Source: Candidatus Tayloriibacteriota bacterium (lineage in GTDB: Bacteria; Patescibacteriota; Minisyncoccia; Phycocordibacterales; PALSA-1337). Taken from it: DNA of 64,000 nt. The DNA lies in the NCBI GenBank assembly GCA_943354385.1, contig CALRBR010000003.1, positions 1,926 to 65,925 on the forward strand, given 5' to 3'. The position numbers and the translations under genes are program-made. How positions within the stretch are numbered: position 1 is the stretch's first letter; each line of letters begins with the position of its first letter. The notes below the pieces were generated by a model that saw nothing but the letters and a program-made list of their open reading frames with translations, searched no databases and was not told the origin of the DNA. This document shows positions 44,559 to 54,100 of this stretch, piece after piece.

Positions 44559-47240
44559 TTAAGCTAACTTTCTTCGGTAAAAGAATTTGCGTATTTCTTC
44601 AGCAGGGACAATCAATATTGCCACTGGTATGAGTATCATCCAATCGGAAAGATTGAGGGGAACTGTTTTCAAGTATGTATTCATGATTGGAGTATAAATA
44701 GCAAGTAATTGTAGTGAGATAACAGTGACAGTGGCCCACACTAAATATTTGTTAGAAAACGGGTTCATTTTGAAGATAGATTTGCTATCGGATCTACAAT
44801 TCCATGCATTAAACCATTGGAACGCAGCTAAGACGGTAAGTGATATTGTCCAAGCTTTTGCCAAGTCCGCCTCGTAGTAATTTTTAAAAAGAAAGAGTGT
44901 TCCGACAGCCATCACCAAGGACATAAGCACCATTCTCTTTGCCATCAGTTTATCAACGAAATATTTTTTCGGCTTTTCAAACTTGCCGTCGAGCAAATGA
45001 TGCTCTTTGGGTTCCATGGCCAGCGACACATCAAGAAAACCATCTGTGACAAAATTCAGCCAGATAATCTGTGCCGCTAATATTGGTAGTGGATATCCCA
45101 AAATAAGCGCACCTATAATAGTAAAAACTTCTCCCATGCTTGTTGAAAAGAGATACAAAATGACTTTCTTGATAGTCTTATAAATACTGCGACCTTCTTC
45201 AATCGCCGAAACAATACTTTCTAAATTGTCGTCGAGAAGAACGATATCAGAGGCCTCTTTTGCTACTTCGGTCCCGATGTTACCCATTGCCACACCAATA
45301 TCGGCGGCAACTAGCGATGGCGCATCATTTACCCCATCTCCAGTCATGGCCACCACTTCACCGCGAGCGCGATATGCCCCGATGATTTTCATCTTATGTT
45401 CTGGGTTCACTCGAGCAAACACTGAAATCGTTTTGAGTCTTTCTGATAACTCCCCACCGGACATGCCTTCAATTTCCAACCCAGTGAGCACTTCATCACC
45501 TTCATGCCAGATACCTACTTCTTTGGCTATGGCATGGGCGTTTATATTGTGGTCACCGGTAATCATCACTACTTTTACTCCAGCGGATTCCACCTTCTTT
45601 ATAGCCATGGCCGCTTCCGTCCTTGTGGCATCTTTCATTCCATAGAAGCCCCCGAAAGAAAGATTTTTTATCTTTTCCGGCTTGAGAGTTTTGCCTGCAT
45701 CAGGATCGATGGCAAAAGCGACCACACGCAAACCCTCCTGCGACATTTTATAAAAAACTGACTTAAGATTTTTTCGTTCATCATTTGTGAGTTCTTTCCG
45801 TTTGCCGTTCAACCAGACAGTCTCAGATAATTCCAAAATAATTTCAGGGGCACCGACGGTAATTAAAAAATTCTTGCCTTCGACAGCTCGAAGCATTGCG
45901 TGATATTTGAGCCGGTAGTCAAATGGAATTTCTCCAATAACAGCAGACTCTCTCTCAAGGTCTTCTTTGTGAAAACCAAGCTTTTGCGAGAGTACAAGCA
46001 TTGCTGCTTCGGTCGGGTCTCCGCTGATCCGGAACCGTTTATCCTCTTCGGAATACATGACCCTGGCACTAGAACAAAAAGCACCAGTCTTTCCGGCGAG
46101 TAAAAGTTCCGGATGATTAACGGCGTCAATGATACGGCCATTCAAAATGATATTACCTTTTGACTCATATCCAATACCCCCAACATCAAACATTGTTTCT
46201 CCCACATACACCTTTCGAATCACCAGCTCGTTTTTGGTGATCGTACCGGTTTTATCAACAGCAATGATACTGACTTGCCCTAAAGCCTCGACCGCCTGAA
46301 GTTTCTTGACCAGTGCGTTGCGCTTACTCATTCGTCGCACGCCCATGGCGAGAATAAGAGTCACCACAATAGGTAGTCCTTCCGGTATAATTGATACCGA
46401 CAGAGAAACAACTGTAGTGAACATATCTTTGACTGGTTTGCCAACAGCGATGCCCAGGGTAAAGATCACCAAAGAAACAACGGCTACTGTAATTATGATG
46501 AGGCGTGAAAGATACCTAATATTGCCTTTAAGAGGAATCTCGGTATTGACCAGTGCAATCTTGCTTGCAATTGCGCCTATAGTAGTTTGCGATCCTGTTG
46601 CGATAACAACAGCACGACCATTACCAGCGACTATATTCGTTCCTTTGTACGCAATATTTTTATACTTTCCGAGCGTTTCTACATTGACCTCCTGTTCACT
46701 AGTTTTATGTACTGGCTCAGACTCTCCGGTTAGGGCCGCCTCATCAATCTTAAGATTATGGGAAACAATGACTCGCGCGTCAGCCGGAATTTTCTCTCCT
46801 TCTTGGAGTATGAGAATATCCCCAGGTACCAATTCCGTATCCGGAATGATGATCTCCTTGTCGTCCCGAAGTACAGTGGCTTTGGTCTCAACGAATTTCT
46901 TAAGAGCCAGCAATGTGTTCTGCGCTTTGCCTTCCTGAATTGTCCCAACGATAGCGTTAAAAAGAAGGACAGCGAGAATGATCGATCCATCAACCACTTC
47001 TCCGATTACAAACACCACGACACTTGCGGCGACAAGTATATAAATGAGAGGACTTTGGAATTGACGCAGGAAAATAATAAAAATGCTGTCTACCTTTGCT
47101 TCCGGTAGTTTATTTTGTCCATATAGTTTCAGTCGAAGTGCCACCTCTGCGTGACTTAAGCCGCGCTCGCTTGAGTGCAATTCTTCAATAACGACTATTG
47201 ATGATTTTGTGTGCCATAAAATTTGTCGTGTTTTTGCCAT
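44559..47240 (-). CDS. Cation-transporting P-type ATPase (type II, Ca2+/Mg2+-ATPase-like)
   Basis: 893 aa. Phosphorylation motif DKTGTIT. TGES motif (LTGESEPV). Hinge MTGDGVNDAPSL. 10 TM segments. Confidence 0.9.
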   Translation of the reverse strand: MAKTRQILWHTKSSIVVIEELHSSERGLSHAEVALRLKLYGQNKLPEAKVDSIFIIFLRQFQSPLIYILVAASVVVFVIGEVVDGSIILAVLLFNAIVGTIQEGKAQNTLLALKKFVETKATVLRDDKEIIIPDTELVPGDILILQEGEKIPADARVIVSHNLKIDEAALTGESEPVHKTSEQEVNVETLGKYKNIAYKGTNIVAGNGRAVVIATGSQTTIGAIASKIALVNTEIPLKGNIRYLSRLIIITVAVVSLVIFTLGIAVGKPVKDMFTTVVSLSVSIIPEGLPIVVTLILAMGVRRMSKRNALVKKLQAVEALGQVSIIAVDKTGTITKNELVIRKVYVGETMFDVGGIGYESKGNIILNGRIIDAVNHPELLLAGKTGAFCSSARVMYSEEDKRFRISGDPTEAAMLVLSQKLGFHKEDLERESAVIGEIPFDYRLKYHAMLRAVEGKNFLITVGAPEIILELSETVWLNGKRKELTNDERKNLKSVFYKMSQEGLRVVAFAIDPDAGKTLKPEKIKNLSFGGFYGMKDATRTEAAMAIKKVESAGVKVVMITGDHNINAHAIAKEVGIWHEGDEVLTGLEIEGMSGGELSERLKTISVFARVNPEHKMKIIGAYRARGEVVAMTGDGVNDAPSLVAADIGVAMGNIGTEVAKEASDIVLLDDNLESIVSAIEEGRSIYKTIKKVILYLFSTSMGEVFTIIGALILGYPLPILAAQIIWLNFVTDGFLDVSLAMEPKEHHLLDGKFEKPKKYFVDKLMAKRMVLMSLVMAVGTLFLFKNYYEADLAKAWTISLTVLAAFQWFNAWNCRSDSKSIFKMNPFSNKYLVWATVTVISLQLLAIYTPIMNTYLKTVPLNLSDWMILIPVAILIVPAEEIRKFFYRRKLA

Positions 47241-47244
47241 AAAT

Positions 47245-47445
47245 CTACCTTATTAAGTTATCCACTTTAACTTCTAATGCATTGGCGATCCTGGTTAGGG
47301 TTTCTATCGTTGGATTTTGATTAGCGCCATTTTCAACTTTAACAATGGTATTAAGAGATAAATCAGCAAGGCGAGCTATCTTTTCGAGGGAGTAACCCCT
47401 TTTACTCCTCAACTTTCCTAGATTATCCGAAATATTATTTAACAT
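47245..47445 (-). CDS. XRE-family helix-turn-helix transcriptional regulator
   Basis: 66 aa. HTH_3 pattern (LRSKRGYSLEKIARLADLSLNTIVKVENG). Confidence 0.7.
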   Translation of the reverse strand: MLNNISDNLGKLRSKRGYSLEKIARLADLSLNTIVKVENGANQNPTIETLTRIANALEVKVDNLIR

Positions 47446-47605
47446 TACTTTGGTAATTGTTTAGCATTAAAATATAATGTATAGCGTGATTTCTTGATAT
47501 TATAATGATACATAATTTAAGCAATTTTGTAAATAAATTTTTAATGATTTTCTTTGTATTATTCGCTCGAATTTCTCCAAAATCAGCGGAGCCAATCAAA
47601 AAAAC

Positions 47606-47637
47606 AAAAAACCAACCGTATATGCGGTTGGTTTTTT
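47606..47637 (-). terminator. Terminator hairpin 3' of tRNA-Leu (ACCAACCG-loop-CGGTTGGT with A/T tracts)
   Basis: Stem-loop flanked by AAAAA and TTTTT. Confidence 0.6.
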
Positions 47638-47645
47638 GTAATTTG

Positions 47646-47727
47646 TGCCGGGGAGAGGACTTGAACCTCCATGGGTTACCCCGCTTGCTCCTAAGGCAAG
47701 TGCGTCTGCCAATTTCGCCACCCCGGC
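47646..47727 (-). tRNA. tRNA-Leu (anticodon UAG), type II with long variable arm
   Basis: Reverse complement folds as acceptor GCCGGGG, D-arm GCGAAATTGGCAGACGC, anticodon arm CTTGC-CTTAGGA-GCAAG (anticodon TAG), variable arm GGGGTAACCC, T-arm GGAGGTTCAAGTCCTCT, 3' end CCCCGGCA. Confidence 0.88.
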
Positions 47728-48006
47728 ATATTTTCTATTTTGTTGACTACAACTTTTTCACTTTGTGAACTCAGTGAAAAGTAGAAGCCCCCGCCTCCCT
47801 CCGCTATGCTCCAGTCCGACCCGCCCATTGCAAAGAAAATTCTTAAGGATTGGGACAATTTTCTTTGCAATATGGTCACAAATATTTTGCTAGTCGCCAC
47901 TCCCAAAATTTCTCGATTCTGACTCAGTAGTTTTGATTGCTATCAAAACTACTATCGTCTTGCACAAGTCTCAAAAAATCTACGGCCGTGCAGATTTTTT
48001 AGCTTG

Positions 48007-48079
48007 TGCGCCCAGTTGGAGTCGAACCAACGACCTTATCCTTAAGAGGGATCTGCTCTACCAGCTGAGCTATGGGCGC
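48007..48079 (-). tRNA. tRNA-Lys (anticodon CUU)
   Basis: Reverse complement: GCGCCCA-TA-GCTCAGCTGGTAGAGC-A-GATCC-CTCTTAA-GGATA-AGGTC-GTTGGTTCGACTCCAAC-TGGGCGC-A. Anticodon CTT with U33 and A37. Confidence 0.88.
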
Positions 48080-48225
48080 AAGGAATAACCTAGAGAATAT
48101 AGCAGGTTTTTAGTATTTCAGCAATACCGAAATCAATCGACCTTTGGCAGGAACACCGAAGTGGGCTTGATTGACTAACAAAAAAACACCCTATTGGGGT
48201 GTTTTTTAATTTTTATACCTGTATA

Positions 48226-49074
48226 TTACTGAGTCGCTGTCGTTGTAGAAGCGGTCACTGCCACTGGTTTCAGAGCGGTCTTCAGATCCTTTCGTGCCTG
48301 ATCCACTGTTGCCTTAAAATCAGCGTGGGCTTTTTCTATTCCTGCCTTGCGGGTTGTCTTTTCGGCTTCTGAAATGTCTTTTACTTTTTCCACAGACTGT
48401 ACGGTCGTTTTGAATGTATCCTGAGCAGACTTTACTGATGTACGGAGAGTAGTCTTTATCATCTCTGAAGATGTGCCGGCTGTACACGACGCTTTTGCAG
48501 TAGCCTTAGCAGAATCTATAGTAGCTTTCATTGTAGCCATTGCTGTCTCAATCGAAGCCATTCTAGATATGACCACAGTGTCCACTGAATCTCGGTGTGA
48601 CTTTAAAATTGCATCTACAGCAGAGTCACGGGTAACTAGAGCTTTGTCCATAACAGCGACAAAAGCAGCAATGGCTTGCTTTTGAACATCGGTCGTTGCT
48701 CGAGCTGAGAGTTCTGCCAGCTGTGTCTTTTTCTTTGCATCGTTCTCATTACGCTTCATGTCAACCTTCTCTCGCATCTCATCTCTCTTTTCCATTTTCT
48801 TTACCCCTTTTTCATCACGCTTTTTTTCCATTTTTAGACCTCTCGTATCAAGACCTGCGAGCATCTTGTCTATTTGCGCACAAAACATATCCTGTCGAGT
48901 AGTCGAGGCGTTAGCTTTTTTCTCAGCTCTATTCTCCCCCATCATCTCTATCTTTTCAGCACGATTTTGTCTACTCTCCTTCTGTGCTATTCCAACCATG
49001 CCAGATGTATTTGCAAATGCGAATGATGGTGCCAAAAGACTGGTAATAGTAAGTGTTAAAATTAATGTATTCAT
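48226..49074 (-). CDS. Hypothetical secreted Ala/Lys-rich coiled-coil protein
   Basis: 282 aa. Signal peptide (MNTLILTLTITSLLAPSFAFA). Low-complexity helical repeats. Confidence 0.5.
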   Translation of the reverse strand: MNTLILTLTITSLLAPSFAFANTSGMVGIAQKESRQNRAEKIEMMGENRAEKKANASTTRQDMFCAQIDKMLAGLDTRGLKMEKKRDEKGVKKMEKRDEMREKVDMKRNENDAKKKTQLAELSARATTDVQKQAIAAFVAVMDKALVTRDSAVDAILKSHRDSVDTVVISRMASIETAMATMKATIDSAKATAKASCTAGTSSEMIKTTLRTSVKSAQDTFKTTVQSVEKVKDISEAEKTTRKAGIEKAHADFKATVDQARKDLKTALKPVAVTASTTTATQ

Positions 49075-49080
49075 AGATAG

Positions 49081-49392
49081 TTAGAAATTAGTGTTAATAC
49101 TAGAACCAGCATCTGCTTGCGATGATGCTTTTGTACTATCAATATTTGCTTCAGAAGTAGTCTTTGAGTCATCTGAGAGACCATCTACAAGGTAATCAAC
49201 AATTTCATCCGTTGAGCTCGTTTTTGCTGGTACTTTTGCAGTCATTGTTTCTGTCTGTGTTTCCTGTACGACGACCGTTTTCTCCACTGGCTTTACCGAC
49301 ACCCCAGTATTCACACTGTTACTTGAATAAAGAAATAAACCAAGAAGCACAATCACTACCATTACAGCTATCGCGACTTTTTTTGAAGACAT
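49081..49392 (-). CDS. Hypothetical small membrane-anchored Thr/Ser-rich protein
   Basis: 103 aa with one TM helix. Confidence 0.4.
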   Translation of the reverse strand: MSSKKVAIAVMVVIVLLGLFLYSSNSVNTGVSVKPVEKTVVVQETQTETMTAKVPAKTSSTDEIVDYLVDGLSDDSKTTSEANIDSTKASSQADAGSSINTNF

Positions 49393-49461
49393 TGATGTAT
49401 AAATTAAACGCTAGTAATATACTAAGTATACACCCAGAAAGATATATATCAAAACGACAAT

Positions 49462-49491
49462 AAAAAAATCGCCTATACTGGCGATTTTTTT
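49462..49491 (-). terminator. Terminator 3' of the DEAD-box helicase gene (AAAAAAATCGCC-tatact-GGCGATTTTTTT)
   Basis: Perfect stem with A/U tracts. Same stem sequence as the terminator at 21425. Confidence 0.7.
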
Positions 49492-49511
49492 AGTGCTTGG
49501 CATTTATATGA

Positions 49512-50804
49512 TTACTCAACAAATGTCAGGGCTTTTCCCTTTTTGTTACCTCGTCCGGTACGGCCGATGCGGTGTACATAGTCATCGTATGTCGCAGGAA
49601 TATCATAGTTGATTACGTGACTGACATCGGCAATATCAAGGCCTCGAGCAGCCACGTCAGTAGCCACGAGCACCTGCATTTGATTATTTTTAAACATAGT
49701 CAAAGCTTTTTGTCGGCGAGAATGATTTTTGTCACCATGGATAGAGTCGGCTTTGAAACCCTTTTGCACAAGTAGTCCGGAAAGTTTTTCTACACCATGT
49801 TTCGTCCTTCCAAAAATAAGAACTTTACTAAATTCTTTCTGGTTGAGTAAATCATGGAGCACGTCTATCTTGTTTGCCCCACGAGCAACCTTGACCACAT
49901 CCTGGTCAACGTTCTTTGAAGTATCCTGGGTCTTCACTGAAATACGCACAGGCTCTTTTAAAAATTCATGAATCAACTTTTCGATTTCTGAAGAAAGTGT
50001 TGCTGAAAAGAAAAGAGTTTGGCGATCCTTTGGCATACCGGCCATTACCGCTCGCATATCATTCACAAATCCCATATCGAGCATACGGTCAGCCTCATCG
50101 AGTACGATCGTATTAAATTCTTTTAAGAAAATCATCTTTCGGTCGATCAGATCCTTGAGTCGTCCTGGAGTACCGATGATAAAGTTGTATTGATACCTGA
50201 GATCGTTAATCTGTCGACTGAGACTCGCTCCTCCCACGCAACAGACCGAATACATACGCATACCGGCAGCAAATGTTTTAAGCTCGGCATCGATCTGTAT
50301 TGCAAGCTCTCGTGTTGGGACAACGATGAGAACTTGCTGTTTTCGGTTGAGAAGTACTTTGTTGATAAGGGGTAGAAGAAAGGCTGCGGTTTTGCCGGTA
50401 CCGGTGTTGGCAATACCCACCACATCCGTACCCTTCAGTACATGCGGAATAGCCCGATCTTGAATCGGTGTGGGGAGCAAGTAGCCCTTAGTGACGATGG
50501 CTTGTTTGAGAGATGGCTCAAAAACAAAGTCTTGAAATTTATGCTCAGGTACAAAGTGCACCATCTCTTCGGTAATAATTGCTTTGTTTATAAATCGAGC
50601 ATGGTTGATATTCTCACCACGGGCACCACCGCCTCTACCACCAAAAGATGGTCGGCCTCGAAATCCTCCACTGTTTCCTCCGCGGTATCCACTGCTGGTT
50701 CCACCACGAGAAAATCGCGACGGCCCGCTGGGTCGAAATGATGAAGACGGCTTATGAGTAGAGAATCGTGAAGACCCTCCTGTGTTTGTATTTTTTGTGT
50801 ACAT
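49512..50804 (-). CDS. DEAD-box ATP-dependent RNA helicase with N-terminal RGG/Gly-Arg-rich tail
   Basis: 430 aa. Q-motif, Walker A (GTGKTAAF), DEAD (VLDEADRM), SAT, HRIGRTGR. N-terminal 60 aa rich in GG/RG/SR. Confidence 0.9.
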   Translation of the reverse strand: MYTKNTNTGGSSRFSTHKPSSSFRPSGPSRFSRGGTSSGYRGGNSGGFRGRPSFGGRGGGARGENINHARFINKAIITEEMVHFVPEHKFQDFVFEPSLKQAIVTKGYLLPTPIQDRAIPHVLKGTDVVGIANTGTGKTAAFLLPLINKVLLNRKQQVLIVVPTRELAIQIDAELKTFAAGMRMYSVCCVGGASLSRQINDLRYQYNFIIGTPGRLKDLIDRKMIFLKEFNTIVLDEADRMLDMGFVNDMRAVMAGMPKDRQTLFFSATLSSEIEKLIHEFLKEPVRISVKTQDTSKNVDQDVVKVARGANKIDVLHDLLNQKEFSKVLIFGRTKHGVEKLSGLLVQKGFKADSIHGDKNHSRRQKALTMFKNNQMQVLVATDVAARGLDIADVSHVINYDIPATYDDYVHRIGRTGRGNKKGKALTFVE

Positions 50805-51161
50805 ATTCTTTTTAAAAAATCCCCTTCCCCTTTCGGAGAAACAAAAATTCGTTGAAGGCGTATCTTTTAAAAGGACTTCGCAAGCGCGACGGCGCGAGAC
50901 TTAAGGAAAATTTCAGCAGAAATTTATTCGTGCCTTTTAAAAGACATGCCGATTAATAATTTTTGTTTCGAGATCAATATAACCCTCTAGTCTTTATAAT
51001 AAAGATAGTGACTAGGTTGTCTCGAAAGTTCTTAAAAAGCCTTACGACTTCTGGGGTTTAGAGAGTTATCCCCAAACACAAAAACCAATGAGATTCAGTT
51101 ACATTTACTATTATACACCCATTCGTATTTTTTGTCAACCTTTTAGTCGCTTACTCCTAAA

Positions 51162-51665
51162 CTACAGCCCACTGCCTAGCAAAACAAGGAGTACCGCATA
51201 GAATATATTGAACCAGAAAAAACGGGTACTGTTTGCAATTTTGATTAGCCAAACAAAGGGAAATGCGAGGTAGTGCAAAAAAGAGCCTCCCTGCCCCAAG
51301 GCCGATCGACTGGCTCCGGAAATATGTCGCATGTCATGATTGCTCGGAAAAGATTGAAAGCCGATAGAAAAAGCAATCCAGAGCAAGACAAGCTGACTCC
51401 ACTCCGGGACAAACCAGTGGAAAGCGATGAAACTTACAAGAACGGTAAAAATAGAACTTAAAATAAGTGGCCCGATTGATATCCAAAAAATTTGCCGATA
51501 GGTGCTGGGTGCTTCGTGAAGTACAAACCCCGCAGGATTACCAAATTTAAAATAAACCACTTTCTGTACCCGCACACCGAGCCAATCACAAAACTTTTTA
51601 TGCGACATCTCGTGCATAATCACACCAGGAAAGGTGAGTAGAAAAATAAGCCACATCGGTATCAT
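51162..51665 (-). CDS. Membrane protein with HExxH motif (putative zincin-like metallopeptidase, DUF3267-like)
   Basis: 167 aa. HEMSH within the first TM region, 4 TM helices. Confidence 0.55.
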   Translation of the reverse strand: MIPMWLIFLLTFPGVIMHEMSHKKFCDWLGVRVQKVVYFKFGNPAGFVLHEAPSTYRQIFWISIGPLILSSIFTVLVSFIAFHWFVPEWSQLVLLWIAFSIGFQSFPSNHDMRHISGASRSALGQGGSFLHYLAFPFVWLIKIANSTRFFWFNIFYAVLLVLLGSGL

Positions 51666-51690
51666 CGTAGTTGAGTATAATAATTATATA

Positions 51691-53403
51691 TCATGAAATC
51701 TTTTTATCCCCTGTTGCCCTCTCTGCCATCATATATAGTCGCACGAGACGGAGGTCTTCAAAAGGTACTTTACTGTTCAACTTTTCAAAAACAGGCGTCA
51801 AAATTTCGGTTTTTAATTCGATGAAAGCTGCACTGATTTTTGGAATCTGAGGGACGAGCTCTTTTGGAATGATATTTTTGATGACTGCAATATCCAGATC
51901 CCCTCGCATAAAAAGAGTCTCGAGATGGCCGATGATAGTGCCTTTTGTTACATCACGCTGTTTTGCAATCTCCTCTACACTCTTGCCGTCCTTGCATAGC
52001 GAAAGGGTTTGATCATAAGTGCTGACTTTTGCCACGCTGATTTTTCCTGATTTACTTTTTTTCTTTTTGACTTTGCTCGGATCGACGCTACCACCACAGG
52101 CGTGAATAAAATTGTGTTCGAGCTTCATCTGTTCTGCTTCAACTATTTTATCAAGTGAATTTTCGGCTTTGAGAGATGCTTCCTTGAACTGACTATCGAC
52201 AGAGGCGACCTCGGGATGCACTTCGAGCGCTCGAGCATTGTAGCCGAGAAGAGAGAGTCCGGAAAAAGACCTTACTCGAGAAAGCGCCACATACCCCTGA
52301 CCGTATTCAAAAGCCTCTCTCAGATCTATGGTCGCCTCATCGAGTGTCATACCCTGGCTTTTGTGTACCGTGATCGCCCACGCTAGCCGTAGTGGTATCT
52401 GGGAAATAGTCGCGAGTACCCGCGTCCCATCAGACATAGTCCAGTCTTGGGGTACAACCTGGATACGCTTGCCTTTTTTCGTCCGTACTACCGGATCACC
52501 ATCGGCAGTAAAACTTTCTACTTCTCCCAGCGTCCCATTGACATACCCAGATTCAAATACATTTTTAGTAAACATAACCTGCGCGCCCACCTTGAGAGAA
52601 AGTGATTCTGGAGACAGACAACTTTTTTTCAGTGACTCGATAGAATATTCTCCTCCACGAGCAGACATAGAAAAAGTCCGGCCGGTATGAGTGAGGGCAT
52701 TTAGCTTTTCAATATTTACTCGGTCTACATTTACATTATGTGCATACAGTCTAGTTGCATTTCCATGTTCCGTTTTATTAGTGATGCGTGCTTGCAAAAT
52801 CTCGTGAATATCCTCGGTGATTTCCCCACTGCGTATAGCTGAAAGAAATTTTAAAAAGCTTGCGTCTTCGGTACGATGTTGCTCAGAAAGATAGCACACG
52901 ATAGGCTCAGCTTCCTGCCACACTGGGGCTAGATAGGCAAAAAGGGATATTTCCTGCCCAGCCCTGTTTACCGGTGGAAGTTGGAAAAAATCCCCCACAA
53001 ACACCGTCTGCATGCCTCCAAAAGGCTCATCACGACGTCTGAGTGCCTTACACGCCATATCAACGGCTGTCAGGGTCTGCGAGTCTAGCATCGAAATTTC
53101 GTCGATGATGAGTACTTTGGTTTTTGATACCCTTGAGACCAGTCGCTCGCGCTGGCAGAGCTCATCGAGGTCATTTTCAGATAAAAACTTCTTAATACCG
53201 ATACCACTCCAGGCGTGTATCGTCATCCCTCCGATATGTGTGGAGGCTATACCAGTCGAAGCGGTGATAGCTGGCTCGATACCGTGAGCCCGCAGATATT
53301 TTACATACTCATTGATCGTGTGTGTTTTGCCTGACCCTGGCTCCCCTGTCAGAAAAACATTTGCACCAATTTTTAAAAACGCCAGTGCCTCTTTTTGAGT
53401 CAT
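51691..53403 (-). CDS. Pif1/RecD-like SF1 DNA helicase with C-terminal HTH domain
   Basis: 570 aa. Walker A GEPGSGKTH. Pif1-type motifs (VLIIDEISML, FVGDFFQLPPV). C-terminal helix-turn-helix-like segment (SVEEIAKQRDVTKGTIIGHLE). Confidence 0.8.
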   Translation of the reverse strand: MTQKEALAFLKIGANVFLTGEPGSGKTHTINEYVKYLRAHGIEPAITASTGIASTHIGGMTIHAWSGIGIKKFLSENDLDELCQRERLVSRVSKTKVLIIDEISMLDSQTLTAVDMACKALRRRDEPFGGMQTVFVGDFFQLPPVNRAGQEISLFAYLAPVWQEAEPIVCYLSEQHRTEDASFLKFLSAIRSGEITEDIHEILQARITNKTEHGNATRLYAHNVNVDRVNIEKLNALTHTGRTFSMSARGGEYSIESLKKSCLSPESLSLKVGAQVMFTKNVFESGYVNGTLGEVESFTADGDPVVRTKKGKRIQVVPQDWTMSDGTRVLATISQIPLRLAWAITVHKSQGMTLDEATIDLREAFEYGQGYVALSRVRSFSGLSLLGYNARALEVHPEVASVDSQFKEASLKAENSLDKIVEAEQMKLEHNFIHACGGSVDPSKVKKKKSKSGKISVAKVSTYDQTLSLCKDGKSVEEIAKQRDVTKGTIIGHLETLFMRGDLDIAVIKNIIPKELVPQIPKISAAFIELKTEILTPVFEKLNSKVPFEDLRLVRLYMMAERATGDKKIS

Positions 53404-53710
53404 GGGTTTATTGTAGCATTAAAAACTAACTGTGGTCACACCAAGTAGCACTAAAATAATCGGCGACAGACAGCAAAGTTATGCGAAGAGTACTGGTATC
53501 TAGCTAATTTTTAAAATTTCCTTTATATTAGTCATTTTACTAATATCATACCACAAAAGAAAGAGACTAAGTTTAGAAAATAAGCAAAGCTTTTTCAACT
53601 TCGACTCGAACGCTGTAAACAAGAGTACTCGCGCAAGCGCCGTCGATAGGTGCACATTATCAAACGATGAGCCTTCTCGCTCGTTGAAATAAAAAATCAC
53701 ATTTTAGTGA

Positions 53711-54076
53711 TTAACCAAGATTCATTCTCACTACCAGACGCTCAGGATAAATAGCCCACCCAGTCAAGCTACCAAATCTGGATGTGACAAACTCCGTTAC
53801 CTCGGATATGTCTAGGCCGAGAGCGTGCGTGCTCAGCGTCAGCAGGTTTTGATCAACATCGCAGCGAACTACCGAGAAGTCCCAACGGGTGATACTGATC
53901 AAACCGAGTGTCGCCTTTCTAAGGGCTTCCGGGTTATTGACGTCTATTTCAAGCTCCCCCTTGAATTCAGCGATTGGGAGATTATCTCCATTTGTTTGAC
54001 TAAATTTTACGGGAACAAAAACCTGGGCAATTACATTCAATTTCATAATGAGCCTTTCTCCAAAACCATTGTGCAA
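53711..54076 (-). CDS. Hypothetical protein
   Basis: 121 aa. No confident family (possibly DUF3467-like). Alternative start at MKLNVIAQ. Confidence 0.4.
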   Translation of the reverse strand: MHNGFGERLIMKLNVIAQVFVPVKFSQTNGDNLPIAEFKGELEIDVNNPEALRKATLGLISITRWDFSVVRCDVDQNLLTLSTHALGLDISEVTEFVTSRFGSLTGWAIYPERLVVRMNLG

Positions 54077-54100
54077 TCTACCACAATCATTCTAAAATGT

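Noticed and set aside
45226-46938. Plus-strand ORFs (139 aa, 210 aa) inside the P-type ATPase gene
   Set aside because: Antisense shadows of a confidently identified 893-aa gene. Ser/Thr/Pro-rich translations are typical of antisense frames.
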